A stretch of DNA of 64,000 nucleotides from Geosiphon pyriformis uo1 (Eukaryota > Fungi > Glomeromycota). Position numbers and translations under genes: made by a program. Under the pieces are notes generated by a model. The model was not told the DNA's origin. It searched no databases and saw only the letters and a list, made by a program, of their open reading frames with translations. Shown piece after piece: positions 11,826 to 23,279 of this stretch (positions within the stretch are counted from its first letter, which is position 1; every line of letters begins with the position of its first letter). The DNA lies in contig JAAOMT010000519.1 in NCBI GenBank assembly GCA_016748015.1, forward strand, positions 264,046 through 328,045. The letters are read 5' to 3'.

Positions 11826-14536
11826 CTAGGAATGCAAAGGGCTGTTTCCAATTTGACCAACATTGTAGCCATTTTGTTGGCCAGTTGCAACTCCGAGAAA
11901 TGCCGAGCCAGCAACGGAACTCAACGAGGGTAGAGTTGGTGGCAGCTGTAGTGGCTGCGGCCTGGGCAGAGATCCAGGGTACGCTGCAAAGGCCGAACGG
12001 TTCGAAGATATGTGCGAGCTATTTGTTGTATTTGAATTCAAATGTAAGACCGAATCCACGTCCGGTTTTACCATGACTTCATTAGATGAAGTTGATGTAG
12101 AGCTTAACACATTATCTTCATCCTTATAGATGCTGAAGTTATCACTATCAATCCTAAATGTAAGATGGTTGTCTGATGAGGCTGTATCTTTTCGTTGGAT
12201 GCGACGCGTTAGCTTTTAAATATAAATTTCAAAAAAATTAAATTAGCTTCGATCAAATATAGGTAAAGCATAAAATCGGCGGGAATAATAAAAATGTCAC
12301 ACATACACAAACCTTTGATGGGCCTGTGTAGGTGGGGTTTAGTATGTAGACAGTTCCCAATTTGAAAACGCGACCTTTTCGTACGGCTTTCTGCAAGGCT
12401 TGGGAAGCAGAAGCTCTGAATTTTGCATGTAACGGATAGGTGCTGTATTTTGATGATTAAGTGATAAGTCACCTGGAACACATTAACTTAAAGATGTAAT
12501 ATTTGGAATTGGCAAATACCTTTCCATTTTGTCAAATATGTGTTTCGGCTGGCTACCATCAGGATTATTGATAGCTGTTAATGCTTCAACTATCATTTCT
12601 TCATATGATGGCAAATTAGCGGTGATAGGGCTTGGTAGCAGAGCCTGTGGCGCACGAATAGTTTTTGGCATCCCTGACAATGTAGTGAGACTAAAAGCAA
12701 ACGTTGAAGATTGGGGTGCTTGTATAAGGGTTGTTGCTGGTGGAAGATGAGCATGCATTGGGGAAGTGTCTTGAAGAGAAGACGAAGAAGAGGAATAGGT
12801 ATGTACATGGGTTTGCATCGGATATGTTTGCTCTTGAACAGATGGCAATTGTCGAGCAGGCAATAAATGAGCTTCGTTAGAAAGAGCTGAACCCGGTAAA
12901 GATGATTGAGGTGGTGGGGTAGGAGATTTCATATTATTTTCAACAGTCATTTCAGCAATCGAAAGTGATTTCACATTTTTTTCTGTTTCAATAGCGCGCG
13001 CTTGATCAAACGAATTTATAACGACGTTCGGAATAGGATGAAGACCAGTCATTAATTCTGATTCTTTGAGATGGTGTGGGTATATTGGAAGATTTGGATG
13101 AAGTTTTTCGGCATGTAATACCAGATTAATCAAGATATCCATAGATAAGGAAGCGAGATATTTTTTTTTCTGTATGATAAATTACAGGAAAAGTGAACCA
13201 AAAATTTAATTAGATTTTCAGTTCAAAGCTCTACGCTCATTCCATAGCGATCTAGCTTTTTTCGACAAAATGGTTGAGAATCACGCCACCTTTTCTTCAG
13301 GGATTTCCTCTCCAGACTCGCCAATTGGTAATTCAGAGCTTTCTATTTTCCTCTTCTTGCCACCATGTTTGGCCTCTTCACATTCAGAACAAAACCATGA
13401 AGCGTCCCTGACTTCGGTAACATAATCATCAATAGTGGGTTTGTGACATTGCTGATGAAAAGGTATATCACAGGAATCACATAGAACTATGCGATTATGT
13501 TTTGGCGATTGGCCTTCATTGCAAATTGAACACAAGACATCCTCGGCAACTACAGGACTTGGCTCTCGACGAGGACGTTTTGTGATCCCTAAAGAGTCAC
13601 ACATAGAAAAGAATCAAGATCTTTATAAATTTTTTTAGAAAGTATTAAATGTGGTGCCTATAGGGAGACTTGAGCTGAATAATAACCTGTAGCTTTTCCA
13701 TTGGTCTTAGTAGTTTTCTTTGGGGGTCTCCCCACGCTTCTGGCAGACGTCTTGGGAACTATTCGGCTACCCTTTGCCGAATTTGGGGAATACATATTCG
13801 GCTTTAAAACTTTTCGTCCAAATTTTGTTATACGTTCTGTGGAATAATAATTAAAAATAAAATAAAGGCATTTGGTCTCTTTAGAAAATCTCACATATTT
13901 AAAAAAATTCTTACCTTCCGCTTCATTAGTTTGCAATTGACTACTATTTGGAATTTCTACAGTAATATTTATTTCAGTATTAGCATCAGCTTGGCTGCTA
14001 GACTGATCGATTGATGTGGTATCTTCATTTCCAGTTTCAGGAGGTGTAGGAAAAGAAGGATCAAGCTGAGGAACCGACTTAGTTTTTGCTAAAACCGCTT
14101 GGTTAAGATCCGTCCGCAAATTATTTGTAATTAGGGTAGCCGATATATCTTCTTCTAACTCAAAATCTCCATCCTCATCTCCCTAGATATGCCCATTTGT
14201 CCAAATCACATGAATTTTCCAATTAATTTAAAAAAATGAAGCTAAAGATTAAACTCATGACCACATAAGATAAAATTGTTGATTGAGATAAATTTTATGT
14301 AGTTCTCTTACCCACTCTTCGCCCTGCTGTCCGTTTGCTTTTGCATTATTTAGCGATCGAGCGTTAACTGGATTGCCAGGTAAGGGCAATCGCGTGCTAT
14401 TTGATGTACGAGGAGTATGTTGGCTACGTTGGTTAGCCGCTTGATCCGACTTTTCAGGAGTTTGTAAGCCGGTGAGTAGGTGTGAAACCTCACTTATTTT
14501 ATCGACCGTCGTTGTGACGAGCAATGTTTCGGCCAT
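11826..14536 (-). CDS. PHD-finger chromatin protein (Phf1-like) with AT-hook-like motif and H15/linker-histone-like winged helix, about 702 aa, 7 exons
   Basis: Exons 14536-14312, 14182-13915, 13836-13687, 13588-13290, 13169-12520, 12442-12313 and 12212-11826 join in frame (2109 nt). C4HC3 PHD CSIC..CDSC..HQQC..WFCSEC; post-PHD motif KYLASLSMDILINLVLHAEKLHPNLPIYP; VGRPPKK; LPSYEEMIVEALTAINNPDGSQPKHIFDKMES...ALQKAVRKGRVFK. Confidence 0.88.
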
Positions 14537-15380
14537 TTTAATATGAGGTGGAAATACTTTGTGAAAATATCGAAATTTGGTGTCACCAAATAAAGGTTCA
14601 CCGTATTAAAAAACTTAAAATTCACTTTGCACCAAGTAATATATAGAAAATAGAGCGTAGAAGTTTGGGCTCAAGAAATACAAAACTGAATATTCGTTGA
14701 TTTAATAGGCACCAGAAATAGTGAAAATACTGTTGGGATAATAGTGATTAAACAAGAGGAAAAAAGATTTTCTATGTTTGGGACAATAGGACTTGCTTTC
14801 CAAAAAAGTTTAATATGACCAGGGTCATATTAAGCGGTGATAGAGTAAAGACGCCCCATCCCATGGCATGAGTCGTTTGCGCCCTGTGAAACAAATTCTT
14901 ACCATATGTATTTGGTTTACACGGGTTGGGTTTTATTACTGGATACTCTTGTGTACATTGACGCAATCGTTTCAGTTGAGGCACAGCCCTTTTGATGAAC
15001 AGAAAAGGAAATTTGTACCTTTCGTTTCATTTTGCTCCAAGACACGAAATAATTTTAATTGTGAAATAAATTAATCTTGATTGTCAATATTTTGATTTGT
15101 GATTTTGCAGAAATAAATGAGTTTCGTTAAGGAGTTTGGATTATTGTTCAAATTAATTCGTGGTAGTTTGGATTAATGGGAAAAAAAATCGAATTAAAAT
15201 AATTATGAACAAGTAGTATTATGACACACCTGGGGATATCATCAAACTTTCATCATTTTATGATGAGTAACTTTTTACTGATTCAAAAAGCACAGTCTAA
15301 ATAAGTTGAGTCTTGTGGTCTGTAAAAATCTTTTATCCTTTCCGCATTCATTTTTAAGAGACTCAATTTTCCGACCTGTT

Positions 15381-15992
15381 ATGCCAGAACCTTTGGATAT
15401 GTCTTTGGATGACATTATCAACAGAAAACAAGGCCCTAGAGCAGGCAGAAGACGTAGAGGTGATCTTACGAGAACTTACTGTGGCCGTATTTCTCGATAT
15501 ATCGGTTCTGAAAGTCGAATCAGTGACGAGATTTTGAAAAATGAAACCAAGATATTTGTCTCAAATCTAGCCTTCAATGTCACGGAAGGGGATCTTTACG
15601 AACTTTTCAGCACCATGGTCGGGCCTGTTTGTGAAATTACTCTCGATTATGATCAACAAGGTCAGTTCAAAGGAACAGCAACGGTAACATTTGTTAGAAG
15701 AGGTGAAGCATTTAAAGCCATTGAAAGATTTCGGGGAATGACGCTCGATGGTAATGAGCTTAAAATCGAGATTATTATGACCCCTCGTAGCAACCCTATT
15801 AGCCATAGAATTGGTGGAATTGATCAGCCTTCATTAGGAAGGGGACGTGGGTTTAGAGGGAGTTTTAGGGGCTTAAGGCGTGGAGGAAGAAGAGGTAGAG
15901 GTGAGGATAGAAGACAGATAAGTAGAACAATTCCAACGCAGCAAGAATTAGACGCTGAAATTGATGCTTATATGGAGACAGAAGTAAGCTGA
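15381..15992 (+). CDS. ALY/REF (Yra1/Mlo3/THOC4-like) mRNA export adaptor, single RRM, intronless, 203 aa
   Basis: N-terminal REF motif LDMSLDDII, RRM (IFVSNL...KGTATVTF...TLDG), RGG tract and C-terminal QELDAEIDAYM. ATG at 15381; the ORF-track extension begins at a TTG. Confidence 0.92.
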   Translation: MPEPLDMSLDDIINRKQGPRAGRRRRGDLTRTYCGRISRYIGSESRISDEILKNETKIFVSNLAFNVTEGDLYELFSTMVGPVCEITLDYDQQGQFKGTATVTFVRRGEAFKAIERFRGMTLDGNELKIEIIMTPRSNPISHRIGGIDQPSLGRGRGFRGSFRGLRRGGRRGRGEDRRQISRTIPTQQELDAEIDAYMETEVS

Positions 15993-16402
15993 TGCGATCA
16001 CGTCAAAATTGAGCAAGACATTTTGAATCGTTTTTCCTTTAATTGAAATCCACGACAGTAAACAAACATTAATATCAGCAAGCTGTTTGCACTAGCAAAG
16101 AAATATATTGCCGAAATGAGAAGTTGTGGCAAAAAAGGGTATCGATCCTAAACTTCAATTCAAAGAGGCTAACTTTATTAATTTAAAATTTTCAATAATG
16201 AATTATTTCTGGTACTTAAAATTTTTGTGTTATATAAGTTCTAGAGTTGGATTACCTATTTACTTTTGAGGAAAAAAATACAAATGGTTTGTTGGCCTTA
16301 TAAGGCTTATAGCCGCTTTTTTATTTCCCCTTCCTCCCCCCGAATTGTAAACCAAAGGCTATTCCCAAATACTTTAGATGACTTAACTGTTAGTTTTATT
16401 AG

Positions 16403-18547
16403 TTGGCGGTCTAGATAGTTTGGAAGAGTTAAAATCAAAAAGACAAAGCCTTGATTTAAGTTCAAATTCCTTGCATTATTCTATTGCCCAAAGCTGGGAT
16501 ATAGCTAATCGACCGAAATAAGATGATTTCTTAGTCGAGGAATTCTATGAAAAAATACTTTCCAATATTAAAATACAGCAGTTAGCTGGATCGTTACATA
16601 ATTCAAGGTGTTCGTAATTTATCAAGTGGATTTGATTTCTGAATGATGGGATGAAGACTGACAAAAGGCTCTTATGTCAAGTAGTACCAAATAAAATAGG
16701 AGGTAAGTATGACCTGCGTTTTTTTTGAAAGATTAAAGCTCACAGGTCATATTTTATAATTTAAATGGAAAGCGATTTACTAGAAGCCTTCTTTTTCATG
16801 TTAAATTTTTAAATTTACTGACTGTATTTCGACTTCTTCACTCCTCCAAATTTATTAAACCTTATCAATAGATCCCCCAATGCAGATTGGTAATTAATTA
16901 AATCCTCTAAAACATGGGCCCTCAGAAGTTTAGAGAGGACGAAAGTATGGGCCAAAATAGCTCATCACCATTTCTGGGAACCTCTTGTAACCCAAAGCCT
17001 GACGAGATCATTCCAGACTTGATTATCCGGAGCGGAATGCACCTGAAAAAGCCAAACAAACCTCAAAATTCAGAAGTACATTTTTTGATATTTTCTCGGG
17101 AAAAATTAGTTGATTGAGCAATTGAGAAATTTTGGTTTATTTGAAGCATCAGGCAATGACAGGAAAGCCAGCCACGAAAAACATTAACTTGAGACTCGTG
17201 TCAAACCCAAAAAGGGTCGATGAGGGTCATATTTTTTTGGGCAGGTCGAGATTAAATGATCAATCCATTGATCGAGCTTATTCACCAATTGATTTGGACA
17301 GAAACATTACCAAAAAAAATTTCCTATGAATCATCAGGAAAACAGGATTGAAAATGTTATTTGTGAAGATAATTCAAATGGTGGTAAAGAACAAAGCATT
17401 ATTTCACGGGATCGACGTTTCAGGTTAATTTTTTGCTAAAAAAAGGGATTACATGAACAAATAGCCTCCACACCACCAAACGATTACTTTAGTTTCCAAA
17501 ATAGTGATAATTTGGGAACCTCTGGCAAAACCGCGATTATTATTTCTGATAATGAAATCGAAGAGCGCATAGACGTAAGAAATATTGAAAAAAACTTTTC
17601 TCGCCAGCCAGACGACAGAATTCTGGGACAACGATATCGTAATGTAAGTTCTTTGATGATTTGAAAATGTGGAGAAATAATCTCGAAATGATTCAAATAT
17701 ATTTTCTAGGGTGCCGTTCAATTCAAAGTCCACAATAGGGGAGCTTCGAGAGATGAATGGGTTGACAAAGACTTTTTGTGGTGTATAATTTCAATTTTGA
17801 GTTTGGGATTCGAAATAGCTTTTTCTGCATATTTTAAGGATTAAATACTTAATTTCACCAATTATTAGGGATTCTAAGCTAATAAGCAACTGGTGTGATG
17901 AAATAGATTTCAAATTGAAAGAAGCTGAAAAAGATAAAGTTCTTCTCAAGTCTCCCGAGTGTATTATTCAAACTTCAGGAAAAACTTTGAAAGATCATCT
18001 AAGATATTTCAAGCTATCAAAGGGTAAAGGACAATTCCAAAAAAATGTCTCAGGCCGTCAGCGGAAGGGCTCCTTGAGTATTTAAATCCCAAGAAGGTAG
18101 TTTATGTCGGCAATTCAAATGAAGAATGCTTTGAAATAAATGGTAGAGCAGAAACTGAGCTATTTGCAAGGAATTTGAATGAAGAGTACAACAACTTTTT
18201 TTCGGAGCAGCTGCCAATTGAACAAATATTGGGTATTCGCTATGATTTCTATGGATCTGGCGATCTAATTTTCCCAGTTCAAAGGTGATATTTTCTTCAG
18301 TATTTAGTTGACTTTAAAGAGTATGTGAATTGAAATTTATATTTTTTAGAACAAATGAGGAGATTTTGGACATGACAAGGCATGAAGCGAATACCAAGTT
18401 CCCCGAAAAGGTCATTTGTCAAACAAATTCTTCAGCCCTAATTGGAAGTCATCTAAAGTTTCCATTCTTGTCAATGTGTTCAAATAGGTTCTTGAATTTT
18501 ATGAAAATCACTTAAGCTGGATGGATAATAACCAGTTTTTGAAGTGA
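16403..18547 (+). pseudogene. HP1/Swi6-like chromo + chromoshadow gene, disrupted (probable pseudogene); 5' boundary uncertain
   Basis: Introns 17644-17709 and 17781-17868 give chromo-like DRILGQRYRN|GAVQFKVHNRGASRDEWVDKDFLW|DSKLISNW. Introns 18285-18349 and 18411-18487 give chromoshadow IEQILGIRYDFYGSGDLIFPVQR|TNEEILDMTRHEANTKFPEK|VLEFYENHLSW, stop at 18545-18547. In-frame TAA at 17437, a frame change near 18024-18100, and many stops upstream. Confidence 0.75.
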
Positions 18548-20042
18548 AGTTTTTGGGTTTTTGTTTACATTATAAAGTCAGTATGGTTTCTACGTCAGAA
18601 ATTAACTTTTTACCAAAGCAAAATGATCTTATTAGATTTGATAGATAGCATATTTCAACATAGACTAGCTTTATTTTGTTGAAAAAGACGAGCAGCTGAA
18701 GGCAACATTAAGTTTCCTTTCAATTTTGGAGTAATTAGGACCTCAATAAGCATCGTTTATTCAAGAATCTTTGTTAAAACTAACATCGGGTGGCTTGTTA
18801 GAATAAATATACAAATTTAGTGGCTAATAATTTCAGTTCCAAAAGAAAATTCTAATTTACAGCTAATTATGTTTCAAAGTGAACTTAAAATGAATTAACA
18901 CTTAAAAAAATGTATTTTGTTTTACGAAAGGGATGATTAATCATTTAAATATCATAAAATTTTAATATTGAGAATATTTTAAACTAATATCTTTTATCAT
19001 GAAAAAGGTTCACCATGTAAGGATAATAATAAACTGGACCAATTGCAATATTATAAATTGATTTATAATTCAAAATTCATTTTTGCCAACAAAATTCATT
19101 TCGGAAGCTATAGATCTTTGAAAATTATTTCTTAGTTGTACTTTGTAATAAATCAATACAGCAAAATTTTTTAGTTTCAGATAATTTTAAAATGAATTAA
19201 AAAAAAAGTTTGTTAAATAATATATTGTTTGTTAAATAATATATTATTAGTTTTTTAGCAGATTTAAAATAATAGCAATTTTTTATAGTTTATAAAGTTT
19301 TATTTTAAACAAATTTACTTTAACAAATTTCAAATTTTAGGTTTTTATTTATTTCAAATTTTTTTTAAAAATTAAAATTTTATTAATATTAAAATGAATT
19401 TTTTTTAATTAATTTTTTATACTTTCAACTTTAATATTATTTTAGAAATTATTCAAAAGTTTATCCAGAATTATAATAAAAATATAAATAAATAAAATTT
19501 AAAAATTTGTTGAAAAAAAAAAAAAAATTTTTATTGCTATATTTAGAAATTTTAACATATTTTAGTATTTATAAAATCGCTTGAGCTTACAAAGAAGCGC
19601 TAAAAGTTTATCAACACTTTTTTTCTAGTTGTATGCATATAGTATTTATACAAAAAATTATTTGAAATTTATTGACGCGACTTTTTGAAATTTTTACTAG
19701 CGTTTTTGTTTATCTCTGAAAAAAATATAATATAATTCTCAAAATTTATTTTTACTGCAAGACGTGTAAAGTAATTAGGTAAATCATATTTTATATAGTT
19801 TTTAATATTTCGGTTTCATATATATATATATATAAAAATCAAAATATTTTGATTATTCAATTATATATAAAAATTTTTCAAAAAAAAATTATTGGTTAAA
19901 AATTGAAAAATATAACATTATTTTTATAAAAAATCGATAAAAATGTTAAATTATTTTTATAATCTTATATATTTACAAAATTTTTATTAGAATGAAAATT
20001 ACTGGTAAAATTTAAAAATCTTTTTTTTATATTGATATTTCA

Positions 20043-20076
<34 letters not shown>

Positions 20077-21567
20077 TATTTATTTAAAAGTTTTGCAAAC
20101 ATACAAAAAAATTGTCATTGAAATTTTTGATTTATTCCGGTTTTAAGAAAAAATTTAATTTCAAAAATCTGAGTTAATAATGTTTTAATATATAAAAATT
20201 CATTCCATTTTCATTTTTCAAAAGCTTCTTTTGATTTTATCATTTAAAAGCATCAAAATTTTAAAGCCCTTGAGTATTTTTTAATTGTTTATCAAAAAAT
20301 AAAATTTTATCTCAATAAAGTCTTGAAGACAGGAAAGAGAAAACTCTCAACAGAGGCTATACAAAAAATATTTAACCCTATTTCCAAGATTGAAAGTTAT
20401 TAGTTAAAAGACAGAATTTATATGCTCATGCGGAAAAGCAATTTTCAAAATAATTAATAATTGTTTCCAAAATCAAAGAAAAGAAGATACACTTTTTATT
20501 TTGATTGAAAGTTTATTTGAAAAATTCAAATCATAAAGGCTAATAACTGAGATAACTAATTTATATTAATGGGGCCTTGAAACGACGCATTAGTACATGG
20601 CTAATCCTGCTTCATAAATTGATGAATTAAATATTTTTAAATAAATGGTTATTTGCCTAAATATTCATAGGTTAGAATGGAATAAAAGAACCAAATCAAG
20701 TTATAAAAAAAAAAGTTTTTTATCTAAAAAAAATTTCACATCATGATTAGATTGTTTTCATCTTATGCGCGTGCTGACAAATTGTGTGTTGTATAAACAA
20801 TGCATTAAACTTTTTCGTATCATTCATAGGGGACTGCACTTCAAAAACCATTCTCTTGCATTTGAGTTTCGCATTAAAATTTTTTCATTGTTTATTTCTA
20901 TTGTTGAAAAAACGGTGCAGTTTGGCTCAGGACCATAAGAATAGATCATCAGGTTCTTTTTTCTTTTTTTTTTCGCGCAAACAAATAGACATCAAAAACG
21001 TTTATATTCTTAAAAAACAGGTTTTTGACAAGTAGAGGTCATCGTTGAAACCCTTAAAAAATTCTTTTTCAATGTCAAAAATAATGAAGGTCCGAGTGTA
21101 CGTAGATCGACACATCACATTTTTCCGAGACCATTATAAACTAATCTTGTGGTCACAAGTTCTCCATGCAAGTAAAATTCGAAACGGGAACGTCCTCTTT
21201 GTATCAAACAAAATTTGACAGCTTTCTTTTATTTCTTATTCTCAAAAATTCATCAAAGATATTTTTTTAATCTATATTTTGAATTATTTTGCATCCAAGT
21301 CTATTTAACATTATTATTATTAAATTCTAGATTTGAGCTAAAGATAAATATAAGAGATTTTCTATTGATTACTGACTAGCATTATGTACAACGTTTTTAC
21401 AAATTACCGAATTTTTATCAAAACTTTGATTATATCTTATAGAAGCCATAAATATTTGGACATGTTATTTAAGATGTTTTAATGATCAATTTGTCAGCAC
21501 TATTTATTGGTATCATGTGGTCATCCAGAGGAATAAATGCAAAAATTTATAATAAATGTTCATTATA

Positions 21568-21592
21568 ATGATGATGATGATGATGATGATGA

Positions 21593-21638
<46 letters not shown>

Positions 21639-21640
21639 GA
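21568..21640. repeat. Compound (ATG)n(TTG)n microsatellite
   Basis: About 8 ATG units followed by about 15 TTG units, just 3' of the BTB gene. Confidence 0.95.
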
Positions 21641-21707
21641 TAATGATGAAAACCCTTAAGATATGTACAACCCCTAACATAAAACCCTTTTTCACTAATC
21701 AAGCTAA

Positions 21708-22769
21708 TCAATATGATTCAACTAAATTGTTCTTTGAATAGAGATTTTCTGTTTGGCCGAGACAAGTGTTACTAATAATATCGTCATGATCCAAGGTATC
21801 AACAATGGAAATTCTTAAATCGTATAATTTGAGAAGGCAATTTGAGTCGACAATTTTCTCATGCTCTATCAAATTCCAAGTTACTCCAGTCATTGTTGTT
21901 GAAATGTGTTTACCAATATCAGGTCCAAATGATGATTCGAATAATAAAAAACCGATTCGTTCGAAAGGTTCAAGCATTTTTTGTATTGTGGCCTTTATTC
22001 CTGCTGGTGGTGCATTTATGTATATGCGTAGTCGATCACATTTGTGAAAAGTCATGTCTATTGAAACTTCAAAATTTCGATTTATCAAAAACTCTTCATA
22101 GAATTTCATCGATATTAAATGGACGATTTTCTTGAGTGTTGCGACAAAATTGTCGATTTCTTTAGCAAACATTTTGTGTCGTATTGAAAACTTGGGTATA
22201 GATGGTGATGATGGTGAGGGTTTTAATTCCTCAAGTTTTGATCGAGGAATCATAAAATAATCAAGCTCTGCTTCTAACTCTTGAGGTGTTATTGCTATTA
22301 AGCCGATTACTTTGAAATATAAATAGGAATTGAGGTGAAAACCAAGAAAAAAACTAGAGTTTTTGAATAAATAATCTATTTTTATTAGAATTACCTTTGT
22401 CTGGTGTTGGAACTTTATCTGTTCTGTAAAATTGTAGGATATAACGGAAAATATGTCCATCACGATCAATAAAATATTCATTTCCGTTTGTTGGATGCAA
22501 CATGGTGTTGTTTCTCTCATGAAACATAGTTCCAAGCATCGTTTCAGGATATTTTGTTAAAGTTGACCTACATGTCTCATACTTTTAGGTAAAAATGGAT
22601 AGAAAAAGTCAGGATAAAAATGACCATTTTTTTTTAACAAACTGACATTTTTCATTGAATATTGTGTCCAAAAAAAATACTTTGCCTTTACTCCACCGAC
22701 ATTCAATACTATTCTTTCATTTGCTTCTTTTGCTAGTTCATCAAAACATTTCAATATATTATGAGACAT
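21708..22769 (-). CDS. KCTD-type BTB/POZ (T1 tetramerisation) domain protein, about 290 aa, 3 exons
   Basis: Exons 22769-22686, 22581-22395 and 22309-21708 (873 nt) give ERIVLNVGGVK|YETCRSTLTKYPETMLGTMF...EYFIDRDGHIFRYILQFYRT...ELDYFMIP. First intron probably GC-AG. Confidence 0.92.
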
Positions 22770-23204
22770 AATTTTTCTTATGAAACAAATCAAAAAAATG
22801 ACTTGTAGTTTAAAATATAAATAAGGTGAGATGTCAAATAGACAACGAAAGGAACCGACACCGAAAAGGAGATGAAAGCTTTTTAAAAAAAAAAATATAT
22901 GTTGATCAAATAACGTGATTTTTCTTGGAACTCGAATAAATTTGGTACTCGGACCACGCCCTAATATTTGAAAATCACATTCTAAATAAAATTAATGCAG
23001 GAATATTTCCTTTATTCTGGAATTCACTATTAAAATGTAAATCAATGATTTAATATTACGATATATTTCTTAGTTGTTTTTATCAACAGGAATAATACAA
23101 CACGGAGATGTTTAGATCAGTAAGTTGACATCAAATGTTATCGTTCGGGCGTTCATTTTTAAACAGAGAAAACCTTATCTTTGTACATACCATTCTTATT
23201 TTAG

Positions 23205-23279
23205 AGATGGCGTAACAATCATCGGCTGTTCTAGTTGTTCTATTTCAACAGTAGATTGGTTGTTAAGGTTACGCCATTT
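23205..23279 (+). other. About 75-nt stem-loop (possible structured RNA)
   Basis: Perfect 10-bp stem ATGGCGTAAC/GTTACGCCAT plus inner stems with G-U pairs on the + strand. Confidence 0.3.

Noticed and set aside
11813-12808. Overlapping ORFs 11813+, 12209-, 12529+ and 12593-
   Set aside because: Alternative-frame or antisense shadows of the PHD gene.
20760-21210. GC-richer patch with ORF 20784..21035
   Set aside because: Frames examined contain stops and no recognisable motif; may be an old relic but cannot be called.
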